DNA of 64,000 nt, from the NCBI GenBank assembly GCA_020137815.1, contig CM035352.1:4898001-4962000 (forward strand), written 5' to 3'. This DNA comes from Hormiphora californensis. Lineage: Eukaryota; Animalia; Ctenophora. Each line of letters starts with the position of its first letter. Positions within the stretch are counted from its first letter, which is position 1. The notes beneath the pieces are model-generated. The model was not told the origin of the DNA, searched no databases, and saw nothing but the letters and a program-made list of their open reading frames with translations. Made by a program: the position numbers and the translations under genes. Below are positions 27,637 to 40,119 of this stretch, piece by piece.

Positions 27637-30600
27637 ATGACACTGTTTGGTAACACCGCTGCCTCCTCCAACTCCAGTAGTGGCTCCTTATTTGGTAACA
27701 AGTCCCTCTTTGGCAGCACTCCAGCTGCATCATCCACCGGTACCACACCATCTTTATTTGGTAGCACCCCCGCCTCCTCCTCAACCGGACTTTTTGGCAG
27801 CACCCCAGCAGCAACCACCGGTACCTCTCTGTTCGGGGCTAAACCAGCTGCCAGTACCGGGGGACTGTTTGGCGGAACTGCTGCCAGTAGTTCGGGGAGC
27901 GTGTTTACATTCAACAAGCCAGCCACGACTCCAGGAACGGGTCTCTTTGGGTCTACCACCACTACATCGACCACTGGAGGAGGGCTGTTCGGGACGGGCA
28001 GCACTGCCACAGGGGGATCTTCTCTTTTCGGGAATACAGGTGGGGCTAGATGGAATTTGAACCGTTTTTATTGAAATACAGTACTTTTTCCTGTCTTCTC
28101 TGTCTCTCTCACTAGATGCTGTTTGTCCTGCAAATATAAAGAAGAGTTAGAACATAACAACATCTGACCCGACCGCCTTTACTCAGCTCTAAACATATCT
28201 TGATTCTCCAGGTACAGCAACTGGATCGAGTTTGTTCGGGGGAGGTACCACAACAGGAGGCAGCTCTCTGTTTGGGAGCACTGGAACAACTGGAACAACC
28301 TCCTCCCTATTTGGGGGCGGACAAACTGCAACCACTGTAAGTTACTGAATTAAATAGATTACTTATTCTTGAGCTGTATTATCTGTTATCGACTCACGAT
28401 GACCCACAAATGTATGACCCCCCCCCCTTCGGCCTTCATCATCTCACTCCATCCCAATCAGGGTGGTATGTTTGGTACTCAGCAGCAGCAGCAACAGCAG
28501 GCACCAGCTGGTGGAATTACTGACCTTAATTCCCTAGCAACCGTTGCTCAGGCCCTCTCCCTACCAATAATTTGTGGAGATGAACGGGACATGCTGTAAG
28601 TAAACAAAGTCATAACTATTATTGTTCTGACGCCCCACCTCGCTGACCAACAATCCGTGGCCCACCTTGTATAATCCTCTGGATCAGTATTTCAGGGATA
28701 TGTCTGAACTCTGATGATATATCCCTAAAATACAATGTTCCACTAGCCACGGTGTCCCTTAAGGAGGTGAAACCTCGACTAGATAAAGTTTTTTGGAGAC
28801 CGGACCTAGGTTACGTATTTTTGACCGAGGAATCCGAAAAACATAAAATTAAAATCGAAAACGTAGCGGTTTTTGCGTAAAACGGCAAAAACTGTCATTT
28901 TTCAGCGATTTTCGACTTTTTACGCTTTCTAGAGATTTAAAAAATATTTCCTTACAAGATATGATCTTGTGCTTCTAGACTAATAAAATACAATCGATTT
29001 TCTACAAATTGGTCCCGGGTTTGTGTGATTTGGTCAAAAGCTCTCTTTACTGTGGCCCATCAAAGATGGCCACTCTGCAAATACGTATTTGGCTCCTGTG
29101 GCTGCAGATGTAAACCAAAAGAAGATTTATTATACACCAAAATTTGCGTCTTCTCAAGGCGAACAACCTGGTTTTTACGACATTCCATTTCATGCAGGCG
29201 TTGAGGAGTTACAGCTGAAAAACTGGTACAGTGGATTTCGGAAATACCCCTACTTCAACAAACCCTAATCCAGATAAGATTTCAAAAAATATACATCTTC
29301 ACACATGAAAATGAAGCTCAGACAAATGCCAACGTGATGCAAAAAACGGGAAGTGTCTAACTTATTTCGTTTAGAAGCTATAGCCAAAATAAAAGTGCTT
29401 ATATTTGCCTTGAAAACACCCTCTAAAAACCATACTTTTAGACAATTTCTGGCAATTTCAAACAAATTCTGTCCACAGGGGACTAAGTTGGTGCACTGGA
29501 GGTGACATTTTATTCGTATGGCATTTTTAGACAGATTTGCTGTTTTTCAGGGCTTTTAGAGGGTGTTTTCAAGGCAAATATAAGCACTTTTATTTTGGCT
29601 ATAGCTTCTGAACGAAATAAGTTAGACACTTCCCGTTTTTTACATCACGTTGGCATTTGTCTGAGCTTCATTTTCATGTGTGAAGATGTATATTTTTTGA
29701 AATCTTATCTGGCTTAGGGTTTGTTGAAGTAGGGGTATTTCCGAAATCCACTGTACCAGTTTTTCAGCTGTAACTCCTCAACGCCTGCATGAAATGGAAT
29801 GTCGTAAAAACCAGGTTGTTCGCCTTGAGAAGACGCAAATTTTGGTGTATAATAAATCTTCTTTTGGTTTACATCTGCAGCCACAGGAGCCAAATACGTA
29901 TTTGCAGAGTGGCCATCTTTGATGGGCCACAGTAAAGAGAGCTTTTGACCAAATCACACAAACCCGGGACCAATTTGTAGAAAATCGATTGTATTTTATT
30001 AGTCTAGAAGCACAAGATCATATCTTGTAAGGAAATATTTTTTAAATCTCTAGAAAGCGTAAAAAGTCGAAAATCGCTGAAAAATGACAGTTTTTGCCGT
30101 TTTACGCAAAAACCGCTACGTTTTCGATTTTAATTTTATGTTTTTCGGATTCCTCGGTCAAAAATACGTAACCTAGGTCCGGTCTCCAAAAAACTTTATC
30201 TAGCCGAGGTTTCACCTCCTTAAGGGACACCGTGTAGCCAGTCTTGTTAATTCCCTGACATCTTAATTCTTATACGCAGGTACGCCAAATTTAACCAGCT
30301 TCAAGCCTACTGGGGTCACGGGACAGTCATTCTAAACCAGTCGGGAAATACCTTTGCAGTAACCCCAGAATCACCCTTCTCTCGGTTCAAAAGCGTGGGC
30401 TACTGTCGGCTACCCCAGACTAAAAATGAGGTGAATTGTACCGTACGGGGTTGGGGTGGTAAATAAGGTGAGTGCTATGGGGTTGGGGGTTGGAATGCCA
30501 AAAGATGTTTTGAGTTTTCATACTGTTCATCCACACAGTTAAACCTCGATTTACCGTAACCGTAATTTAACGTTCCTCGGTTATATACATACCATGAAAA

Positions 30601-32367
30601 ACCCATTTCCCCTGGTTTTACCTGTAATATTATTTCCAGGATGGCCTAGTGGGGATATTTGTTGGTAAGAGCCTGGAAGATGTGACGAAGAATCAGACTC
30701 AGCTAGTTGCTGCTCTTCACTCTATCCTGGGTGGGAAACAGGAGCATGTGGTGTGCTGTGACAGTGTGAAGAGTATCGACAACAGCACGACTGAGGTAAC
30801 GTGTGTGTTACCATGGTAACTAGGTGTTACCATGGTAACTAGGTGTTACCATGGTAACCTGCGACAAGTTTCACCATGGTTATTGGTTACCATTATTTCC
30901 CTCATTAATATTACCAACCCCTCCAGGTGGTAGTGTATGTACTACAGAGAAGCCCCACTGGTGCTACCCAGCGTATCCCAGCAACAGACCTTGCATCCGT
31001 CCTAACTTCCCCCAACATAGCTAACCAGCTAAAGGGACAGATGTCAGTAACCAACGTTATCAGCAAGGTACATGGATCATCAGGGGCGGTATCAGCTTCT
31101 ATCTCCCTTCCTTCTATTTCCTTGCCTTACTCGACCCTGCTTTGGGCTTGAACAAAACAAATATTTCCTATCCTAGCGACCCTTCTTCTAATTCCTTCAT
31201 CCTTCCCTCCCTTACCTTAGTCGACCTTGTCTCACCAAAAAAGGGTTTGAACAAATTAACCACCCCCCCCCCCAGGTTGCATTCACGTCATCCCAACTAT
31301 CCCTCTACCTTGATAAGCCCCCTGTCGGGATCAGTCCTGTTCTCTGGGAGCAGGCAAAACAAGAAAACCCAGACTCTACCAAGATGATACCTGTTCCCCT
31401 GGTCGGTTTCAAGTCCATCTCGGATCGGTTGAGGCTCCAGAAAGAGCAGAGTGAGTCCCATATCGCCAGGGTGGAATTGATTGGAAAGGAGGTGGAGGAG
31501 ATTAGGGCCGTCCAGGCTAATACACTCAGTAGACTGCAACAGTTGAAACGGAAACACGCTGAACTTACACATAGAGTTTTACAGGTAGACACACTTTATA
31601 TTTCCAAGATATTTCCAAGATATTTCCAAGATGTTTTTTTAATTTTACCCATACTTGATATGTCTCATCAAAGTACTGTAGGGTAACTTTACCTTGCTCG
31701 ACCCTAGGTTTCCCCGCGTTTGAACAAAAACAAGAATAACTATTGTATCTCCTCTCTCAGGTGATGGTAGATGTAGAGGTTCAAAGGAAGGCTGGGTTCT
31801 CCCTGCAGCCCGAGGAGGAACACCTAAGGGTCCAGTTGGAGGGGATTCAGCAGGAGCTGAACGCACCCAACCAATTCAAGGTATAATATTAGTAGGCAGT
31901 GGGCTAGGCAATACATGTAGAGCAGTGATGGGATGTTGCCCAAATTAACTTGATGTGTTTTCCAGGGTCGACTAAGTGAGATGCTATCACTCATCCGAAT
32001 GCAGAGTATAAATGAAACGAATATCAACAACGCTAACTCGGTAAAATAAACCCCACCTTTCAAATTTTCATTTGTTTTATATCTGTAAATCTTTGTCCAG
32101 TGCATGCACTTAGACTAATCTTCACTTTACTTAGGACTTATGATGTTGTCTGGCCCAACCCGTAATATTGTTTACAGCTCACCGATAACAACTATATACC
32201 CCTCCCCATTGCAGGTTGAATCAGGTGTCCTGGCGGGTGTGCACTCCCACCTGAGTAGACAGCAGGATGGTATCAGTCACCTACTGAACATCATTCAGGA
32301 TGACCTGGAATACCTGACCATCATTAAACAGGGTGTTACAGATAAACAGTCCACCGTTGTGGTGTAG
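27637..32367 (+). CDS. NUP54: Nucleoporin 54 (exons about 27637-28039, 28212-28336, 28462-28595, 30280-30430, 30640-30795, 30927-31067, 31276-31584, 31761-31880, 31966-32040, 32215-32367)
   Basis: N-terminal SLFG/GLFG repeats; GDERD..AKFNQLQAYWG.G, PFSRFKSVGY, PPVGISPVLWEQAKQENPD..MIPVPLVGF, ELTHRVLQV, QQDGISHLLNIIQDDL. Confidence 0.95.
28748..30234. mobile_element. Chapaev/CMC-like foldback element in a NUP54 intron (1487 bp, about 680-bp near-perfect arms)
   Basis: CACGGTG...CACCGTG termini, 4-bp TSD TAGC (28744-47, 30235-38), arms 28748-29428 and 29554-30234. Confidence 0.85.
30807..30858. repeat. 19-bp tandem repeat x3, each containing the palindrome GTTACCATGGTAAC (RFX X-box-like)
   Basis: Copies at 30807, 30826 and 30845 in a NUP54 intron. 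Confidence 0.8.
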
Positions 32368-33020
32368 AAATAGATGTGTGTGTATAAGGAGAGTTTTACA
32401 GAGAGGAATATATTGGCCAAGGACGGGTTGGAAAATGAGAAATCCTAGCTGCGCCTGTCAGAGCATTGGCCTGACCCTATTCTCATTTCTCTGTGGTCAG
32501 ATCATTGGCCTGACAGAGCTGCGCTGTATGAGAATATATCCTGGTAAATTGAGAGGGAGAGAACATGAGAGGGATGAGGGTGGGAGATATTTGAGAGGTG
32601 CACCGTGAGAGGGGGCTGCAGAGGGGGTAAAGAAAAGACAGAGTGAGATATACAGAAAAACTAAAGAGAGAGGCACTGTGTGTAGACAGTGCACGATAAC
32701 ACACACCACATGAGCCAGGTTCTAGTTTCACCATCTCTTCCAGCAGCACCCTTCTTAGATAATAACCTGCTGGCTTGTGGTCTATTATGTGTATGGTCTG
32801 TGTATTTATTTCACTATTTTAACCATGAGTAACATCTGAGTTTTTGAATCGTACGATGTGCGGAGATAGTACAGCACATGTGTAATCTGACCCAATATAC
32901 TGCAATGTCTTCCCTCATTGACGTATATTGAACCCTTGAATTGTTCATGTCTGGACACACCCATAATGAACCCACATCTTGCCTCTGATTCCCTATCTCT
33001 CCCCATAGCACAATGATGGT

Positions 33021-35697
33021 ATGATGGACAGTGATAGTAGGATTCAGCAGCCCACGCAGCCCGTGGTAGGGATCAGAGAACTGATAACGATATGGATTCT
33101 CTTCTTTATAAACCTGTTCAATTATATCGACCGATATATCGTATCAGGTATTTATTGTGCCATTTCCTGCTTGTCTAGTTTTTTTTGTTGTAGAGTTTTT
33201 ACCTGCATGTCCTTCTCTCTTCTATCTTTCTTAGAGAAGATTCAGTTCGGAATATCAATATTTTGAACTGAACCTGATTGTACCCAATTGAATCCAAACA
33301 TTTGTGTTTCAGGAACCCTTGATCTGCTGATTGATGAATTCAATTTGAGCTTCTTCCAGGCAGGCCTGCTAACTACTGCCTTTATTGTTTCCTACATGCT
33401 CCTCTCCCCTATATTTGGTTTCCTGGGTAAGTTTGTTAAAGACGTCTTAGGTTCCTGGGTAAGATTTGTTAAAGACGTCTTAGGTTCCTGGGTAAGTTAA
33501 CAATTTTAACAATTGGATCGTACGTTGTCTCACAAAAAGACTCCCTTTTCCGAACCGTGTCGAAGGGAGCGTGCGAACATTGCAGTCATGTATTATGACA
33601 AATCTTCTGGTACTTTTACCCGTGACTCCTATTTGCACTAGGTGATAGATATAAGAGGTCAGTTCTCATAGCCCTCGGGTTATTTGTCTGGGCTGCATCT
33701 ACCCTTCTCTGTTCATTTACTACACAGGTAATTACACACTAATTACACAATAGCTTAGTGTCATTTTAATGGGTTGTCTCATTGCTTAGGAGTGACTGAC
33801 TGACCGACCAACTGACCGACAAGATACTGATCCAGAGGACTGTGCTACAATGAGACAGTGGTAATAAGACAGATAACTGACCCCCGTACGGTTTAACTCC
33901 TCACGTACCCCACAGTACTGGCAACTGTTGGCATTGAGGGCCCTGGTTGGTATTGGGGAGGCGTCCTACGCAGCCCTCGCCCCTCCCATCATATCTGACC
34001 TTATCCCAGCATCACAGAGAACCATGTACCTTTCTTTCTTCTTTATTGGAACACCAATCGGTAATTAAATAATTTATGTTGTTGAAGTATTAATTAATTT
34101 TGATGATGTTAAGGTACTTTTGTTAAAATTTTGATTTGGTGATCTCCAACTATGTATCTTGTAAAATAGTTAGACAAGTTTGCCACATCCCCCCCCCCCC
34201 TCCCCCAAGATTCACTCTACATTTTGTTTCACAGGTGGTGCACTAGGCTACATAATTGGAGGTGGAATCTCTGAGAAGTATGGTTGGAGATGGGCCTTCA
34301 GAGTTTCACCCCCTGTGGTAACATTCCTGGCCATTATGGCTCTCTTCCTGGTCCAGAACCCGGAGAGAGGGGGGTCTGATCAGCGGCAGGATAGTATCCA
34401 GGTGACAACGTCACAAGAGTTGAGGGATGCTGAACACCCAGCTGTTCAGCTGATCACGGAAACTTGGACTCTTCTGAAAACGTTAGTAACCTATTACCAC
34501 CTATATATACTTGATCAACCGAACCCTCGCATAGTTGTCAATGGCACATTGTAAAATTTTGGTACATACTGTAAATCTTTAGGTATCACTGCTTGTACAA
34601 CTTATAACACTGCCCAGTGTTATAAGTTTTCACTTATAACACCCCCCAGTGTTATAAGTTTTCACTTATAACACTGGGCAGTGTTATAAGTTGTACAAGC
34701 AGTGCTATAATAGTAGAGTCGATAACTACATCGACCTCTCCCAATTGTTCCAGTTTTTGTCACATCTGTTTGGAGCCTCGACACGACCTCTAAACAGGTG
34801 TTACTTTTTCACAAACTGTTTTCATCTTGGTGTAATCAGCAGTTGAAATGTTGCTGATCATAACAAAAACCTAACTATTTTTTTTCAACTTGGGGTAAAA
34901 CCATGGGTGTCAAAAGTTAGCTCTAGGTCCCCTGAGTAACCATCCGGAGACTCTAAGAGATATTTCAAGCCGTTCTCCCGTAATCATTAATCCCGGTGGA
35001 GAAAAAAACACAATGCGGACGTACGTGAGCGCTGGCAGGCTGTTTACATGTTATTGTATGTCTCTCACTCTCTCTGGAAAAACCGCACGTGCGGTTGCGC
35101 CGCGCGAGATAACTCTTTCTGAAGGGGGAGAAAAGAGAGAGACGTACATTAACGTTATACATTAAAGTTGAGGTTGTAGGCAATTGCACGTACGTCCATA
35201 CTCAAATATGTGCTCCACCGGGATTAATGATTACGGGAGAACGGCTTGAAATATCTCTTAGAGTCTCCGGATGGTTACTCAGGGGACCTAGAGCTAACTT
35301 TTGACACCCATGGTTTTACCCCAAGTTGAAAAAAAATAGTTAGGTTTTTGTTATGATCAGCAACATTTCAACTGCTGATTACACCAAGATGAAAACAGTT
35401 TGTGAAAAAGTAACACCTGTTTAGAGGTCGTGTCGAGGCTCCAAACAGATGTGACAAAAACTGGAACAATTGGGAGAGGTCGATGTAGTTATCGACTCTA
35501 CTATAACACCGCTGCACTTAGAACTCCTCACTCCTTGTTGAGTAAGGGGGAAGAGTGTTCTCTCACTCTTCCCCCTTACTCAACAACTCACTCCACTGTT
35601 TCTGTCACACTTAGAAAGATAAGCGTGTACGAACTAAGCTCGCTCGTATGAGAGAGAGAAGAGCGAGAGCGAGAGAGGAGAGGACGAGAGAGAGCAG

Positions 35698-35733
<36 letters not shown>

Positions 35734-35744
35734 AGAGAGAAGGT

Positions 35745-35797
<53 letters not shown>

Positions 35798-36010
35798 AGA
35801 GATAGTAAGAGGTAGTATGAGAGAGAGAGAGAGAGAGCAGAGAGACGATAGAGAGATACTACGCTTCTGATCGATCTATATCTTCGCTCTCGCTATCCGC
35901 TCTCGCTTCTATCGATATCGATCCGCTATCTCTATCTCTTCTGGATCTCTCCTCTCTCTCTCTCTCTCGCGCTCTCTCTCTCTTAGATCTCTCTCTCTCT
36001 TCTCTCTCTA

Positions 36011-36074
<64 letters not shown>

Positions 36075-39000
36075 ATGTCACACTCACACGCCGTTGCACC
36101 ATCAAGATCAAGATAACAGTTACGAACTGTCACTAATCTCTCACTCTCTTTACCTATTATATATCTCAGGCGTTATCTTATCTTATACTGATATCTCTGC
36201 CTGCTACCTTAAATCATGAATTCGTTGTTACGCCCTCTAAGTGTCTCTCACTCTTGTTTTCAAAATTTTACAATGCAATTTTATTATGCCTATTTTCGTT
36301 GTACCTGACGTCAACAATAATGTCCCAGATTCTTACACTTTTAGACCTCGCTATCGCAGGCTCGGTCAAAAAGTAAAACTACATCACTCGCAGGCTCGTG
36401 AGGTAGTTACACTTAGTGGCACTCGCAGGCTCGTGCACTAAAGTACAAGAATCTGCCTCGACCTGTGGTCTCGGATCATTATTGTTGCACTTATAACACT
36501 CGACCTTCGGTCTCGTGTTATAAGTTTTCAGGTACAACTTATAGGCATAATAAAATCCTACATTGTAGTACAGGAAGCTAAAATTCATTTTAATTCCCTC
36601 CCCTCCTCCCTCCAGGACACTAAACTCCCTCCCTCCTCCCTCCAGGAAGACGTTTCTGTTCGCAACTCTCGGATTTCTCCTGTCTGGCCTACACGGTGGG
36701 AGCCCTAACTCAGTGGATACCGGTATATGTTGTATCCGCATCTCAAATCTCAGGGAACCCATACTCCAATCTTGAGTGAGTAGTAGTCTGGATTGTTAAT
36801 GGTCGAGTTGATATCTGGGAATACTTTTCAGTAATATCAGAATTTAATAAGAGATTTAGGGGAGATTTAGTATTAACATTCCCCCGCCCCTTAGTGCGAC
36901 GTATATTTTTCGGAGTTACAACAGTGTGTTGCTGGATTCATTGCCATTCCTGCAGGTAACTATAATTCTTAGAATTAGTGTTACAGTCGGACCCCGATTT
37001 ACCGAGCATCCCGTAAAATCGGGGTACGACTGTACCAACAAAGATTCGGTTTTAAACTCATTCCATTGTTATTCGTCAGTAGCCGATATTTATCCCCCTA
37101 ATACCCTCTTCCAGGTTCGGTAGTCAGTAAGTTCCTGGAACGATTTACCAGGAAAGCTGACCCATTACTAAACGCTGGGGGCATGTTGACAACTGCAGTC
37201 ACCCTCTACATAGCCATAGCGTGGGCTCCATCTAATATCAACATTTTCTGGATCTTTGCTGGTATCTCCCAGATAGCTGTGTTTATTAGGATGGGCCCCA
37301 AATACAGCTATTATCATGGTCAGTCTGGGTTTTGTGGGACTTATTATCAGTATCACTAGATGAATTGTTGCCTTGTTCGACCCTCGAAATAAAATAGGTT
37401 TGAGCAAAACAAATTAATTACACATATTTGGTGTTCTAACCCCCACCCTGTTCACACAGTATAGTTGTCCCCCTCAAATGAGGTCGTTAGCCAGCGCAGT
37501 CAACATCCTCTTCTCCCATGTCCTCGGTGATGCAATCAGCCCGACCATCCAAGGAAAGGTAATTTAGGTTTGAATTGAAAACGTGATATATATATAGTGT
37601 TCTCGAAAGCTTTATCATTGCTTTATCATTGTCTATCTTGTTAATTTCTAAGTGAGTTATTTCAGTTAAATATTTCCTAAATTTCTCATTCTCCTCCCAT
37701 AGTTGTCAGATTCGATAGAGGAGGCGTTTTGGAATTTTGACATTTCCATTTCCAAGTGTGTTGCTCTGGAATACTCTTTCTTTGTGTCCTGTTTTGTATG
37801 TATACTGGGAGGTGCATTCTATTTTATTGCCGCTGAGACTGTGATACAGGACCGGGAGAAGGCCATCGAAACGGTAATTTTATAGAGGGCTAACAATACA
37901 TATACCGTGTGCGGCAAAAAAATTGCCCCCCCTAGACCACCATAGTTGCCGATGTGGTGGAGAGCTGTAACTTGGCAGGGTTGCTCCACTATGTCTATCT
38001 TGATCCTGACAGAAAAATCAGAGCTCTAGCTCAAAATTCATTTTCATGAACGGAATGAACATTGTCATTCATTCCAGGAAAAAATATTTTCCGGTCCAAA
38101 ATTTAACTAATTATGTTTGGCTATCGATTTGCTTTCCAATGTGACCAAGATCAGCTAAATTGGACAACCACAAGAGACACAGTGTCATGTTTCTTAAAGT
38201 TAGTCAGGTCATGTGATCTTCACTGAATCGTTGATCGTGTTCAGTATTACGAATTGGTCTAAGTGGTAGAGAATCACGTATCACATCTGCTAATGAGGGA
38301 TGACGATGCTGATTGGTCATCAGATCTGTAGCTCTTTGATAAATGTCCTCTTTCCTCGAATCACATCACCCTGTATTGGTACACATACCCAATTAGCGGC
38401 CATGATACGAGATTCCTTTGCCCATTGGCCCGATTAGCAATCCCGGAAACTCAACGATTCGGTGAAGATCACATGACCTGACTAACTTAAAGCAACATGA
38501 CACTGTGTCTCTTGTGGTTGTCCAATTTAGCTGATCTTGGTCACATTGGAAAGCAAATCGATAGCCAAACATAATTAGTTAAATTTTGGACCGGAAAATA
38601 TTTTTTCCTGGAATGAATGACAATGTTCATTCCGTTCATGAAAATGAATTTTGAGCTAGAGCTCTGATTTTTCTGTCAGGATCAAGATAGACATAGTGGA
38701 GCAACCCTGCCAAGTTACAGCTCTCCACCACATCGGCAACTATGGTGGTCTAGGGGGGGCAATTTTTTTGCCGCACACGGTATTACCATCCCTATTCCAT
38801 TTCTCCACTTATTATACTCCCATTTAAGTTTAAGAGCGCACCCCATCCAAGAGCGCACCACCTCCAGAAGACACCACTCCAAGAGCGCACCACATCAAAG
38901 ACAGCTCCCCATCCAGAAGATACCACACGCAGAAGAGATCACACGCGCAAATACAACGCCACGCTGGTCTCTTCTGCATGTGGTGTCCCCTGCGCATGGT

Positions 39001-39353
39001 ATCTTCTGGATGGGGAGCTGTCTTTGATGTGGTGCGCTCTTGAAGTGGTGTCTTCTGGAGGTGGTGCGCTCTTGGATGGGGTGCGCTCTTGAACGCTCTT
39101 GGAGGCTCTTGAACTTTATTATGGTTCACTATACAATATACATCCTCTCCAAATATTACCCTACAAGCTGTATCTTAACATGCCCTCCTCTGTCTAGGTT
39201 GTCTCAAGGCGGAACACAACAGCAAGTAGAGTCGTGGAGGATCCCCGACTAAACACCAGCGGGTACCTCAGGGACGAGTACGATGGACGGGAACCACTTC
39301 TCCAACCCGCATTCGATGGAACAGTCTCCTTAACACGACCCGCTGATGATTGA
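33021..39353 (+). CDS. SPNS1: Spinster-family MFS transporter, about 11 exons
   Basis: INLFNYIDRYIVSG, AGLLTTAFIVSYMLLSPIFGFLG|DRY, RALVGIGEASYAALAPPIISDL, GWRWAFRVSP, SHVLGDAISP. Confidence 0.9.
34587..34704. mobile_element. Short palindromic MITE with CACTG...CAGTG termini
   Basis: CACTGCTTGTACAACTTATAACACTGCCCAGTG ... CACTGGGCAGTGTTATAAGTTGTACAAGCAGTG. Confidence 0.65.
34711..35503. mobile_element. Academ-like MITE (TAG...CTA termini, 3-bp TSD TAA, about 290-bp arms)
   Basis: TAGTAGAGTCGATAAC...GTTATCGACTCTACTA with TAA on both sides. Confidence 0.75.
35650..36070. repeat. Noisy (GA)n followed by (CT)n microsatellite
   Basis: Interrupted GA run abutting a CT run. Confidence 0.9.
36269..36567. 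mobile_element. About 300-bp element with imperfect TIRs and five internal hairpins (possibly Crypton-like non-autonomous)
   Basis: ATTTTATTATGCCTAT..GTTGTACCTGA / TCAGGTACAAC..ATAGGCATAATAAAAT flanks; internal stem-CTCG-loop-CTCG-stem units. Confidence 0.55.
37905..38780. mobile_element. Tc1/mariner (pogo-like) foldback MITE with about 330-bp arms
   Basis: TA|CCGTGTGCGGCAAAAAAATTGCCCCCCC ... GGGGGGGCAATTTTTTTGCCGCACACGG|TA. Confidence 0.85.
38823..39129. mobile_element. Second copy of the 13225-13547 foldback family
   Basis: Shared AAGAGCGCACC..ATCC subrepeats and the CTCTTGAACTTTATTATGGTTCAC end. Confidence 0.7.
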
Positions 39354-40119
39354 TGGGATCAGAGAAAGAGATATCATCCATTCAAGAACTGAGTTCAAAG
39401 ACATTGGATATTGAGTGACTGGGAGCTGAAGAACAGTTCATGAACGAGAGAGATGAAGAGAATTATGAGTCAAGATTTTTATCAGTGCTGTGATTATACT
39501 TTGGGCTCCGCTACTTTTTTGTAATTGTAGTTTTGGTTACTAAAAATTGTGACACTAAAAATATGGAAACAGAATAATGTTCAGATTGATTGGTTATTTT
39601 TATCTTTTCAGTTTCACTGGAAATGGAATGGAAGTTTCAATAAAATAAGTAGCCGGAGTACTTGAAATGCATGCCGTTGTATGTTTTGTGTGGTTAGAAT
39701 TTATATTTGTTGTTGGCGTATCAGTATCCAGGTTGTTTTAATTCCATTTTAAATCCAAAGATCTGTGGCGCAAATTTACGTAGTGCACCGCAAGATGACG
39801 CCGCGCAGTCAAGTAACTGATATCGATATGCGCGTTTGGAAACTAAAACTTTTAAAAAGTTCGCGTTTTTGTCTTCTGAAATCTGAGGCAAAAGAGTTAA
39901 GAGACAAGATCAAGAGTGTGAAACGTGACTTGCCCACCACTGACCACCATGACACAATTATTTCATTATGAATTTCTGTTTTTCATTCAAATTCCTCAGA
40001 CTAAATTTTAAGTTCTGGAATTCCGACGGGAAAACCGAAAACGAGCGCTTTTTATAAAACAAATTAATACCGCTGGTATTATTATACCGCCCTTTTAGAG
40101 ATGTAGATAAGCTTTTCAA

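Noticed and set aside
35650-36070. (GA)n-(CT)n foldback as a functional hairpin, also 60380-60620
   Set aside because: The scrambled junction looks like low-quality consensus; structure cannot be supported.
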